Shown: piece by piece, positions 31,195 to 40,198 of the stretch
How the letters are laid out: the number at the start of each line of letters is the position of its first letter
How positions within the stretch are numbered: position 1 is the first letter of the stretch
Assembly (NCBI GenBank): GCA_965263295.1
Contig: OZ253665.1
Location: forward strand, 896,001 to 960,000
Direction: 5' to 3'
Source: Spirochaetia bacterium
GTDB lineage: Bacteria > Spirochaetota > Spirochaetia > SP-2023
Length of the DNA stretch: 64,000 nt
Made by a program: the position numbers and the translations under genes
Notes under the pieces: model-generated
The model's database searches: none
Told to the model about the DNA's origin: nothing
The model's input: the letters and a program-made list of their open reading frames with translations, nothing else

Positions 31195-32463
31195 ATGGTA
31201 AAAATCGCAATGAACGGGCGCGACAAAACCATTGAGCCCCAGCGCCAGCCGTCCATGCTTTTGACGCTTGGCCTGATCTCAGCAGTCATCGTGCCGCAGA
31301 TCGGCATCGGGCTGAGTGCCCCGGCACTGGCGGAGCTCGCCGGCGATTTCCATGCGCCGGTCGAGATGGCGCAAAACACGCTGATTCTCTACATGACCGG
31401 CTATGCCCTGTCGGTGCTGGCTTCCGGGCTGCTTGCAGACCGATTCGGCCCGCATCGGGTGCATTTGTGGGGCTTGGCCCTGGCTGCGGCGGCCTGCATG
31501 CTGTGCGCCGCAGCCGGGCAAATGACGCCGTTTTTCCTGGCGCGCTTCGTCCAGGCCGTCGGCGGATGTGTCGGAACCGTGACGGCCCGGCTGATCGTCG
31601 GCCGCGATTATCCTGCCGGCGACAGAATGAAGATCCTGACCACCTTGTCCTGCTTCGTCGCCGTCACGCCCTGCCTGGCGCCGCTGGCCGGCGGCGCCCT
31701 TTTGCCTTATACCGGCTGGCGCGGCCTGTTCGCGGTGAACGCCCTGATCTGCGCGGCGGCTTTCGCGCTGTTCCTCGCGGCCACTCGCGGGGCGAGACCG
31801 CATCCGCAAGCGACCGCGCCCTTGAAGGCTGTTGGTGCGATTTATCTCCGCAACCTGAAAATGCCGCGCTTCGTCCTGTATGCCGCAGCCATCGGCATCG
31901 TCTGGATGTCCTATTTCGCTTTCGTGTCCTGCTCGTCGGGTCCGCTGCGCCTCGGCATGGGCTTGTCCGCCTTCGCCTACGGCCTGGTGCTGGCCCTTGC
32001 GACGGCCGGCGAAGTGGCTGGCAGCCTGATCGCGCGCTTCGTGTCGGGACGGGGAGGCATCGACAGGGTGACGCGAATGGCCTCCCGCACCGCGCTGGCC
32101 GGCGGCATTTGCCTGGTCGTTTGCGCGCAACTGTTTCCCGACAGCATCCTGGCGCTGCTCTTGCCGGCCACAGCGATATTGTTCGCGACCGGGATGACCA
32201 TCCCCGCGGCCCAGGCCGGGCTTTTAGAACATGTCCGGCGCGATGCCGGCATCTCCGCCGGTCTGTTCTTCTTTCTGCAAATGATTGCCGGCGCGGTCTA
32301 TGCGGCGCTCGGCAACACGTGGCCGGGCATGACACCGCCCATTCTGGCCGTGCTGGTCGCCGCGCCCGCCATTGCCATGCCATTCTTGCTGGGTTGGCTG
32401 ATGCGGCGCGCCGTTCGTTATGAAATCACTCGCGATGAAATCGCTCGTCATGAAACCCCATGA
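31195..32463 (+). CDS. Bcr/CflA-like MFS drug efflux transporter
   Basis: GLLADRFG, RFVQAVGG, APLAGG...GWR; very GC-rich. Confidence 0.85.
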   Translation: MVKIAMNGRDKTIEPQRQPSMLLTLGLISAVIVPQIGIGLSAPALAELAGDFHAPVEMAQNTLILYMTGYALSVLASGLLADRFGPHRVHLWGLALAAAACMLCAAAGQMTPFFLARFVQAVGGCVGTVTARLIVGRDYPAGDRMKILTTLSCFVAVTPCLAPLAGGALLPYTGWRGLFAVNALICAAAFALFLAATRGARPHPQATAPLKAVGAIYLRNLKMPRFVLYAAAIGIVWMSYFAFVSCSSGPLRLGMGLSAFAYGLVLALATAGEVAGSLIARFVSGRGGIDRVTRMASRTALAGGICLVVCAQLFPDSILALLLPATAILFATGMTIPAAQAGLLEHVRRDAGISAGLFFFLQMIAGAVYAALGNTWPGMTPPILAVLVAAPAIAMPFLLGWLMRRAVRYEITRDEIARHETP

Positions 32464-32595
32464 CGAGATCGCATAAGCCCCTCTAAAAACCTTGCATTCA
32501 ATTTCATTGACGGGCGTTGCGTTCGCTCCGATCGTGGGATTTGGGATTTAACGCAGGTGATTTGGGAGCAGCTTACCGTGCTCAAGCTTGCGGCC

Positions 32596-32624
32596 TTGAC
32601 GCCTTAGCATATAGACCGTAAAAT
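32596..32624 (+). promoter_or_regulatory. Sigma70-type promoter for ogl-GH105
   Basis: TTGACG-17 bp-TAAAAT. Confidence 0.55.
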
Positions 32625-32658
32625 TCTTTTTAAGTACAAGCGGGGCTGACTATATGAA

Positions 32659-33903
32659 ATGGACAATCATATAAGAGCTCTTAGATCATGGCAAAGAAGC
32701 AAGCATAACGACAGTGGAGATAGATATATGGCGAGGCGATCTCGGATGAAGTTTGATTTTGATAAAATCACCTGTGAAGTCACTGGCAAGGAAATCACAA
32801 GGCTCACGCCGAAAGGAGTCCTGTCCCACCATCCTTATTTTTATAACAAAATGTTTACAAACGATGGCAAGAAGCTCTTGCTGGCTTCAAAGATTAACGG
32901 TGGCCGAGATTATTATCTTTTATCTTTGGAGACAGGGGAAGCCTTGCAACTGACTGAAAATACCGGCAATGAAGCGGGCGATGGAGGCTTTGACGCAGAT
33001 GACTTTGGCGGGTTTATATCTCCAGATGACCAGTATATGTATTACACAAAAGCGGGAACTTTTGTCCGCATAGATCTGAAAACGCTAGAAGAAAAATTGA
33101 TATACCAAGGGCTTGAAGACTGGGATATAGGCGGCCCTATCAATATGAGCAGTGACGGCAAGCAGATCGTCATGGTGCAATGCGACAAAAGGCAGGCTGT
33201 GAAAGACCAGGGGGATCACTGGAAGAACTTTTTAAAACAAGGGAAACTGGGGAGGCGAACCAGACTTGTCTTATATAATATGGAAACAAAACAGGAAAGA
33301 CAGCTTCTAGATACAGCGGATTATGAAGAGTACGGATTGAAGAAAAATCAATGGCTCACGCACCCGCAAATAAGGCCTTTTGACAATAGTTTGATCAGTT
33401 ATTGCCACGAGGGGCTCGGAGGGACCGTAGACGCCAGAATATGGCTCATAAACAGTGATGGAACTAATTTGCGGTGTGCCAGAAAGCACGATTTCGCGGG
33501 GCAGATCATTTCACATGAATTCTGGTTCAAAACGGGGGCGAAACTCGGCTACGTGCGGATTGATGACGCTAAAGCTAAAGAATCTAAGATCTGCATGATT
33601 GACCCCTTTGAGCTCAAAGAAGAGGTAATTGTAGAACTTCCTAGGTCTTCTCATTTTATTACGAGCCACGATGACAAATATATCATAGCTGACGGAGCGA
33701 GGCCAGCGGAAGAACTATTTCTTTATTTGATAAATATTGAGGAGAAGACATATCAAGAGGTCGTGTCTCACCGATCATCATTCCAAAGCTATGGACATGG
33801 CCAAGATTCGCATCCCCACCCTTCATTTAGACCAGATAACAGGGGAATAGTGTATACATCTGATTTTGAAGGCTTGCCAGCTGTTTATATGGTTGAGATC
33901 TGA
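32659..33903 (+). CDS. ogl: Oligogalacturonate lyase (PL22)
   Basis: TG.EITRLT, HHPYFYNKMFTNDG, YCHEG, DARIW, HEFW, HPHPSF; true start probably near 32728. Confidence 0.9.
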   Translation: MDNHIRALRSWQRSKHNDSGDRYMARRSRMKFDFDKITCEVTGKEITRLTPKGVLSHHPYFYNKMFTNDGKKLLLASKINGGRDYYLLSLETGEALQLTENTGNEAGDGGFDADDFGGFISPDDQYMYYTKAGTFVRIDLKTLEEKLIYQGLEDWDIGGPINMSSDGKQIVMVQCDKRQAVKDQGDHWKNFLKQGKLGRRTRLVLYNMETKQERQLLDTADYEEYGLKKNQWLTHPQIRPFDNSLISYCHEGLGGTVDARIWLINSDGTNLRCARKHDFAGQIISHEFWFKTGAKLGYVRIDDAKAKESKICMIDPFELKEEVIVELPRSSHFITSHDDKYIIADGARPAEELFLYLINIEEKTYQEVVSHRSSFQSYGHGQDSHPHPSFRPDNRGIVYTSDFEGLPAVYMVEI

Positions 33904-33957
33904 GAACAACTTTTAAATGATTTGGCACGCTAGAGTACCCAAAGGAAGGAAGCAAAA

Positions 33958-35043
33958 TTGGCCGACGAAAATAAATATATGAATAAAATATCTATTCTGC
34001 ATGAGAGAATGGAAGAGATTCTAGCAGAAAGAGATAAAAATTTTATTAAAAGTAAAACCATTTCCCAGGAAGAACACCAAAAACTTCTTCGTTGGGATTG
34101 GCCTCAAGGAATCGGAGTTTATGGCATCTGGAAATGCTATGAAAAAACTCATGACGACAAATATCTGACATACTTGAAATCATGGTATGCCAAAAGCTTT
34201 GCCGCAGGACTGCCGGGGAAAAACGTCAATACGGTTGCCCCTTTGCTGTGTCTGGCATTCCTATACGAGCGGACTAAGGATCAAGATTACCTTCCTTACA
34301 TAAAACATTGGGCCGAGTGGATCATGAATGAAATGCCTAGGACAAAAGAAGCCGGGTTCCAGCATATCACTTGTGAAGCAATGAATACGGGTGAGTTGTG
34401 GGATGATACACTTGTGATGACCGTCTTGTTCTTGGCAAAGATGGGGAAACTTCTCAACCAGAAAGCTTATGTGGATGAAGCCGTAAGGCAATTTTTTCTC
34501 CATACAAAATATCTTGCCGACAGAAGCACGGGGCTATGGTTTCACGGCTGGACGTTTGAAGGAAACCATAATTTTGCCAAAGCTCTATGGGCAAGGGGTA
34601 ATAGCTGGATAACGATTGGAATTACCGATTTACTAGAAATAACGGAAATCCAAGGTGCCGAAAAAATGTTTTTAGTGGAAACCCTAAAGAGACAGATAGA
34701 GGCACTGAAAAAGCATCAGGATAAGAGTGGGATGTGGCATACATTGATAGATGACCATGCTTCCTATCTTGAAGCGTCGGCCACGGCAGGATTTGCGTAC
34801 GGAATATTAAAATCAGTCAGAAAGGGATATATCTCTTCTGAATTCTTTGAAACCGGATCGAAAGCACTGGTTGCAACGGTGAGCAATATCTCTGATGAAA
34901 CCGGAGAATTAAAACAATGTTCCGGTGGCACATCTATGGGAAGGGATCTAGATTTTTATAGAAAGATATCTCTCCAGCCGATGGCTTACGGTCAAGCCAT
35001 GGCAATGTTAGCACTCATAGAAGGGTGCAATCATAACATTTAA
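33958..35043 (+). CDS. GH105 unsaturated rhamnogalacturonyl hydrolase, second copy
   Basis: WDWPQG, LWDDTLVM, WARGNSW; closely similar to 25456-26676. Confidence 0.92.
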   Translation: MADENKYMNKISILHERMEEILAERDKNFIKSKTISQEEHQKLLRWDWPQGIGVYGIWKCYEKTHDDKYLTYLKSWYAKSFAAGLPGKNVNTVAPLLCLAFLYERTKDQDYLPYIKHWAEWIMNEMPRTKEAGFQHITCEAMNTGELWDDTLVMTVLFLAKMGKLLNQKAYVDEAVRQFFLHTKYLADRSTGLWFHGWTFEGNHNFAKALWARGNSWITIGITDLLEITEIQGAEKMFLVETLKRQIEALKKHQDKSGMWHTLIDDHASYLEASATAGFAYGILKSVRKGYISSEFFETGSKALVATVSNISDETGELKQCSGGTSMGRDLDFYRKISLQPMAYGQAMAMLALIEGCNHNI

Positions 35044-35094
35044 TAGAATAAATCTACAATTCCCGTTGAAAATAATGGTACAGATTCCTGTCTC

Positions 35095-35527
35095 CCGCAG
35101 CCCCCCGTCGTGCCACCCGCGGCTCCGCCGTCTAGATTTCGTGACTTTTCGCTGTCTTCGTGCAATTCGTGGTTCCCTTTAAAAGTCCCTGGCCGAGTAA
35201 CCACGAACAACACCAAAAATTCTAAAACACCGCGCCTGCTGCCTGGACGCCCTTCTTGGCTGCCGTCCCCTTTTTTCCTGCCTCCTTGCCACCCAAAGGA
35301 AAATTTCCGGCCCCCCTGCCTAAATTTCGTGCCCTTTCGCCCTCTTTCGTGCACTTTCGTGGTTCCCCCTTTAAAGTTCCCCTGTCACCCACAGCCCCCC
35401 ATCGTTTCACCCGCGGCTCCCCAGCCTAACTTTCGTGACCTTTCGCTGTCTTCGTGCCCTTTCGTGGTTACTATTTCGTGCCTTTTCGCCACTTTTCGTG
35501 TAATTTCGTGGTTCCTTTCGTGATCCC
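35095..35527 (+). repeat. Cluster of TTTCG-box elements (4 direct cores, 1 partial inverted core)
   Basis: Cores at 35132-35174, 35320-35364, 35426-35469, 35471-35513; inverted AACCACGAA from 35199. Confidence 0.9.
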
Positions 35528-35529
35528 AC

Positions 35530-35569
35530 AAAAAAAACGCCGCCCACTGTCTTTCGACAGGAGGCGGCG
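35530..35569 (-). terminator. Rho-independent terminator of the lipoprotein gene
   Basis: Minus strand CGCCGCCTCCTGTC-GAAA-GACAGTGGGCGGCG followed by T8. Confidence 0.8.
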
Positions 35570-35616
35570 CGGCGTAGGCAAAAAGGCTAACGCGAAAAGT
35601 TAATTACCCAATATAA

Positions 35617-36945
35617 TTATGGAGCAGTAGGCTTAAACCCTGTCAAAGTAATTTCTTTATCATTTCCATGATTTTTAATGGTGACTTTTAAAGTTCCCGC
35701 ATCGTCATCAGCATCGCTAAACTCAATGTCACTATCAGGCAAAGCGCTTAAACCATCAATAGCTTTAATGGCTGCTATAATTTCACTATGATCAACATCA
35801 GATGCCTTCTTAGTCGAGTCAACAGTATAACCTGCTATTGAATCTGTGGGCAAATTTTGCACTGCCTCTTTCAAGTCCTTTGTAGCAGTAGATTGATCCT
35901 CAGAAGGTTGATCCTCAGAAGGTTGATCCTCAGAAGGTTGATCCTCAGAAGGTTGATCCTCAGAAGGCTGATCCTCAGAAGGTTGATCCTCAGAAGGCTG
36001 ATCCTCAGAAGGTTGATCCTCAGAAGGTTGATCCTCAGAAGGTTGATCCTCAGAAGGTTGATCCTCAGAAGGCTGATCCTCAGAAGGTTGATCCTCAGAA
36101 GGCTGATCCTCAGAAGGTTGATCCTCAGAAGGTTGATCCTCAGAAGGTTGATCCTCAGAAGGTTGATCCTCAGAAGGTTGATCCTCAGAAGGCTGATCCT
36201 CAGAAGGTTGATCCTCAGAAGGCTGATCCTCAGAAGGTTGATCCTCAGAAGGCTGATCCTCAGAAGGTTGATCCTCAGAAGGTTGATCCTCAGAAGGTTG
36301 ATCCTCAGAAGGTTGATCCTCAGAAGGCTGATCCTCAGAAGGTTGATCCTCAGAAGGCTGATCCTCAGAAGGTTGATCCTCAGAAGGTTGACCCTCAGAA
36401 GGTTGATCCTCAGAAGGTTGATCCTCAGAAGGTTGATCCTCAGAAGGTTGATCCTCAGAAGGCTGATCCTCAGAAGGTTGATCCTCAGAATAATCCATAG
36501 TCAGTATAAAAGTCTTTGGTTTCGCCCAGTCATACCCGGTCAAGGTCCTCATGTCGTGGGCGGAAATTGGGATTCCAATTTTTTGGGGTCGGGGCTTTGA
36601 GACCTCAAAATTATAAACTGACTCTAAAATCTTCTTAAATTGTGTCTTACAAATTTTCTCATCATCAGTTGCTAAAGGATTATCAGCTAACTTTTGAGCT
36701 TCCGTAAAAAATTTGTCTACAATCTTATCTATCTTATCTATGCCAATATCGTGATCGCCAAAATGAATTGTTAAAGACTCTGGCACACTCTCCATGAAAG
36801 TCGACCGGGCAGTCGGCTTAGGATCGTCAAAATCTTCGACCTGGCAAGAGAATATTAGCCCGGCCAGAAGAATTTGTACATATGCATAATATATATGCAG
36901 AAAAGAAAATTTCTTTATAGTATTTCTCATTGTGAAATTCCTCAA
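35617..36945 (-). CDS. Surface lipoprotein with (SEDQP)n tract and C-terminal Lipoprotein_17-like domain
   Basis: LLAGLIFSC lipobox; 40 SEDQ units; C-terminal ADDDAGTLKVTI...ITLTGFK. Confidence 0.85.
   Translation of the reverse strand: MRNFTMRNTIKKFSFLHIYYAYVQILLAGLIFSCQVEDFDDPKPTARSTFMESVPESLTIHFGDHDIGIDKIDKIVDKFFTEAQKLADNPLATDDEKICKTQFKKILESVYNFEVSKPRPQKIGIPISAHDMRTLTGYDWAKPKTFILTMDYSEDQPSEDQPSEDQPSEDQPSEDQPSEDQPSEGQPSEDQPSEDQPSEDQPSEDQPSEDQPSEDQPSEDQPSEDQPSEDQPSEDQPSEDQPSEDQPSEDQPSEDQPSEDQPSEDQPSEDQPSEDQPSEDQPSEDQPSEDQPSEDQPSEDQPSEDQPSEDQPSEDQPSEDQPSEDQPSEDQPSEDQPSEDQPSEDQPSEDQSTATKDLKEAVQNLPTDSIAGYTVDSTKKASDVDHSEIIAAIKAIDGLSALPDSDIEFSDADDDAGTLKVTIKNHGNDKEITLTGFKPTAP
35894..36490. repeat. 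15-bp tandem repeat, about 40 copies
   Basis: TGATCCTCAGAAGG(T/C) repeated; one GACCCTC variant near 36390 (SEGQP). Confidence 0.98.
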
Positions 36946-37197
36946 AATTAAATTAAAAAATTAATTACTTAAACGTAACAATCTAAACGACTTCAGGCTG
37001 ATTACCAGAGTCGTTACTAGGTGTAAAAAAAATTGCCGCTGTGGCAAACAGGTTCCCAAAATGTATTTTTAACCAATAATAACCTCCTTGTGTCATCGCG
37101 TCAGATCGCTGCACAAAAATCTATGATACACATACAATAATTCTATTCGGTGATAAAATCAATCATCTTGAGATAAAAATACGAAAAATTTTAGAAT

Positions 37198-37462
37198 GCA
37201 GCTCCCCATCGTTTCACCCGCGGCCCCCTATCTAAATTTCGTGCCCTTTCGCCACCTTTCGTGCACTTTCGTGGTTCCCCTTTCACAGACCCTGGCCCAG
37301 TAACCACGAAATACACAAAAAAAGAACGAAACAACACGAAAAATTCTAAAACACCGCGCCTGCTACCTGGACGCCTCCCCCAGCTCCCCGCGGCTCCCCT
37401 ATCTAGATTTCGTGACTTTTCGCCGTCTTCGTGCTTTTCGTGGTCCCTCTTTCGTGGTCCCC
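37198..37462 (+). repeat. Cluster of TTTCG-box elements (direct-inverted-direct)
   Basis: Cores at 37232-37276 and 37403-37445, inverted core about 37302-37346; linker shared with 35184-35251. Confidence 0.9.
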
Positions 37463-37728
37463 GTCGTCCATTTGGACTTACCACTCAGCCAGATATCTAA
37501 AGGGTTATCATATATTGCGACACTGCGGGGCTATCGAAAATGAATTATGGTTAAAAAATAGAGTCGATTATGACTTCCATGATTTATTGCATCACAGCAT
37601 AATCGGACTGCAGATTTTCCCATGCCGTCTGCACCATTCTGAATCACTGCGAAATTTTAATTCTAGTCCCAAGCCTGCTCCATTGTGTTGGAGAAAAGGG
37701 GCAGGTCGAACCAAAGGAGCCGCCGTAA

Positions 37729-38553
37729 ATGAGTAATCTAATTGAAGTTTTGCAGCATATCCCAGTGCTCGGCATGGAAGTCATTTCCCTGCTGATTTAC
37801 TTCAGTTTTATTATCGCCTTCTATATTCTACTAGGAAAAGAAGGAATCTATACATTTATTGTTGTTGCCGTTATTGGCGCAAACCTGCAGGTCATGAAAG
37901 TCGTCAATTTCCCCTTCTTTCAAGATCCAGTCGCTCTGGGGACCATACTTTTTGGCAGTACCTACCTCTGTACCGACATCCTCGCCGAATACGAAGGGCA
38001 CAGGGCCGCTCGCAAGGGTGTCTGGATCGGTTTTCTAACCATGTTATTGTGGACCATTATAACAACGCTAACAATTGGCTTTCAGCCTCTTGATCCGGCC
38101 ACAACTTCACCTGAATGGGCCTGGGCCCTGCCCGTACAAAGCCAAATCGCCAATCTGTTTACCAGCGTGCCTTCACTGTTTGTTGCCGCCATGAGTGCTT
38201 ACTTGATCAGTCAAATGCACGATATATTTATTTACCGGGTATTGCGCAAGCGCCACGGTCAGAAGTTCCTGTGGTTGCGCAATAACCTCAGTACCATGAT
38301 ATCGGCTTTACTGGACAATACTGTCTTCAGCTTACTGGCCTGGATTGTTCTGGCTGAAGAACCCCTAGAACTGCGCGTGGTTGTACGTACCTATATTTTG
38401 GGGACCTATGTCATCCGAGTGGCCATCGCTCTGCTCGATACTCCTTTTTTGTATCTGCTGCGCTACGCTGGCCATTGGCAAAAGACTCTCCACGTCAAAA
38501 ATTTTAGGCGGCTTACAAGCTGGCGCTCGCTGTTCATGAATACAGACGATTAA
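37729..38553 (+). CDS. Queuosine precursor transporter (YhhQ/Vut_1 family)
   Basis: ANLQVMK, TDILAEYEG...ARKGV, AYLISQMHD, WLRNNLST, ALLDTPF. Confidence 0.88.
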   Translation: MSNLIEVLQHIPVLGMEVISLLIYFSFIIAFYILLGKEGIYTFIVVAVIGANLQVMKVVNFPFFQDPVALGTILFGSTYLCTDILAEYEGHRAARKGVWIGFLTMLLWTIITTLTIGFQPLDPATTSPEWAWALPVQSQIANLFTSVPSLFVAAMSAYLISQMHDIFIYRVLRKRHGQKFLWLRNNLSTMISALLDNTVFSLLAWIVLAEEPLELRVVVRTYILGTYVIRVAIALLDTPFLYLLRYAGHWQKTLHVKNFRRLTSWRSLFMNTDD

Positions 38554-38600
38554 ATCCCCATTGACAACTTCTGTAATCTCCGGCACCTGCTCAATATTTT

Positions 38601-39302
38601 CTAGTTCGTCTGCTTCCCATTCTTCGTATGCGGCTTTTTATCCTGTGCTTGCAAAGCCTGGTTCAGCAGGCGGGCAAAATGGCCATTGTCATATGCTCGG
38701 CTACGCGCTTCCTTTTCCAACCTCCAGGCGGCCATGTCGCGAAGGAGGTGCTGGTCCGCGCCATTTACAGAAGCATCCGAGAGGCCACGTTGATGGACCA
38801 GGCAGATAGCCGCAGCCAAAGCGTCGGCGGCATGATCGGAACGCTTTACCTGACCGGCGTCGTCACTTGCCCCATGAACTTCGGCGCGCAATCCCAACAA
38901 TAAGCCGACCATCTCCTGAACCTGCTGTTTGGTGGCCTTGCCATTGCCCGTAACCGCCTGCTTGATCAAATTTGCAGAGAATTCAAATACGGGCACCTCG
39001 TGTTGAGCCGCACAGAGCAGGGCAACACCTCGTGCATGAGCGACAGGCAAGGCACTGCTACAATTTTTGTTGAAATACAACTTTTCTACCGCGCAGGCCT
39101 GAGGCCGGTGCAGGGAGAAAATATCTTGCAGTTGCTTGTGGATTTCACGTAAGCGCCCGGCTAAATCCTGGCAGCTTGTCGTGCGAATTTCACCACAAGC
39201 CAGCAGGCGGAGTCGAGCCTGAGGCCCCCGTGGCAAGGCGAGCACGCCCCAACCACAATGCGCCAAGCCGGGATCAATCCCCACGATATTTATATTGCTC
39301 AA
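38601..39302 (-). CDS. ruvC: Holliday junction resolvase RuvC
   Basis: IVGIDPG, AVEKLYF, IKQAVTGNGKATKQQV, DHAADALA. TTG 39302 preferred as start because a terminator lies in the longer ORF's 5' part. Confidence 0.93.
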   Translation of the reverse strand: MSNINIVGIDPGLAHCGWGVLALPRGPQARLRLLACGEIRTTSCQDLAGRLREIHKQLQDIFSLHRPQACAVEKLYFNKNCSSALPVAHARGVALLCAAQHEVPVFEFSANLIKQAVTGNGKATKQQVQEMVGLLLGLRAEVHGASDDAGQVKRSDHAADALAAAICLVHQRGLSDASVNGADQHLLRDMAAWRLEKEARSRAYDNGHFARLLNQALQAQDKKPHTKNGKQTN

Positions 39303-39341
39303 ACCTGTGTTCTCCGAATTTGACCACTCGTATAAAATATG

Positions 39342-39368
39342 AAAAGGCGGGTCACAACCCGCCTTTTT
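39342..39368. terminator. Bidirectional-type terminator hairpin
   Basis: AAAAGGCGGG-TCACAA-CCCGCCTTTTT, just downstream of 39386-40036. Confidence 0.75.
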
Positions 39369-39385
39369 CGCGAACTCAACTGCGC

Positions 39386-40036
39386 TTAACCACAGCCACA
39401 ACCCCCACCACAGCAGCCACCGCCGCCCATTCCGGCTTCGACCATACTGGCACTGCGAGCGGAAATATATTTATTGTAGCGCTCTTCAATTAACTGATAA
39501 GGGATTTCCTTGGAGTCGGGCTTTAAATCCTTATAATACGTAAGAGCTTCACGAATAATTTGCGCCTTCTTTATGGTATCCTGAAAATAACGATTGCACG
39601 AAGTTGCAGCTGGCTGTTTTTCTCCGCATGCTTCACCAATGCTATCGCGCAGATACAACATGACCGAACCCAAGTCATCCAGCCCGGTTTCAACCACGGT
39701 TTCAATAATTTCTTTTTCGGTAACTTTCTCACAATAGCAAATATAGCTATTTTGAGCGCCATCTTTGAACCAGATGCCGACAGCACAATCGCCATTGGTA
39801 AACACTTCGTTAGTATTGGGATCAAAGTAAGAAACTTCACACGAAGGATTTAAGCAGAGATACGGAGTCTCTCCGCCATATGTTTTGGCAATCTCGTCCT
39901 TCAAAATATTGCCGAGTAAATCAATGTTTACCGGGTGAGCCTGTGAGCCACACTTGGGACAAAACCTTGTCAGGCGCCCCCCTGTTTGAGCTCCACTGCC
40001 GCAACCACAGGCTTCTGAGCCACATCCTCCAGACAT
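39386..40036 (-). CDS. Cys-rich Zn/[2Fe-2S] protein (CopZ N-terminal-like plus BFD-like domain)
   Basis: CPKCG, LCLNPSCEVSYF, ICYCEKVT; Gly/Cys-rich ends. Confidence 0.7.
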   Translation of the reverse strand: MSGGCGSEACGCGSGAQTGGRLTRFCPKCGSQAHPVNIDLLGNILKDEIAKTYGGETPYLCLNPSCEVSYFDPNTNEVFTNGDCAVGIWFKDGAQNSYICYCEKVTEKEIIETVVETGLDDLGSVMLYLRDSIGEACGEKQPAATSCNRYFQDTIKKAQIIREALTYYKDLKPDSKEIPYQLIEERYNKYISARSASMVEAGMGGGGCCGGGCGCG

Positions 40037-40198
40037 AAGACCTCCTAAATTACAGCATTTGCATGCCGACTAGAGAGACAGATTATAATCTAAATTATTG
40101 ACCTTTGTCCAGCGAAATCCGAAAAAGCCATAAATTACATTGCCAGCCGAGATTTAGACTCCTCCCGCCATTGCGATTAATGGCAGCCATAATTGGCC

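Noticed and set aside
31279..32423. Long alternative-frame ORFs over the Bcr-like MFS gene
   Set aside because: Expected in very GC-rich DNA; Arg/Gly/Pro-rich with no motifs.
35040..35523. Short ORFs over the TTTCG clusters (also 2074-2397 and 37191-37500)
   Set aside because: They are translations of the repeat (NFVPFR..SCTFVV), have no RBS, and occur on both strands.
35530..35600. c-di-GMP riboswitch (GAAA tetraloop hairpin)
   Set aside because: Lies 3' of a gene and is followed by a U tract, which a terminator explains better.
35894..36490. Tandem repeat as a CRISPR array
   Set aside because: Contiguous 15-bp units without spacers, in frame within a protein.
35857..36600. 247-aa (RRLIL)n ORF on the + strand
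   Set aside because: Antisense shadow of the SEDQP repeat; the minus-strand gene has a signal peptide, lipobox and terminator.
37465..37728. preQ1 riboswitch upstream of the queuosine precursor transporter
   Set aside because: No convincing P1 stem, loop and A-rich tail seen by eye; needs an Infernal search with the Rfam preQ1 models.
38601..39401. RuvC as a Cas or TnpB effector for the orphan repeats
   Set aside because: Canonical short Holliday-junction resolvase motifs, no zinc finger or REC lobe, and about 9 kb from the repeats.
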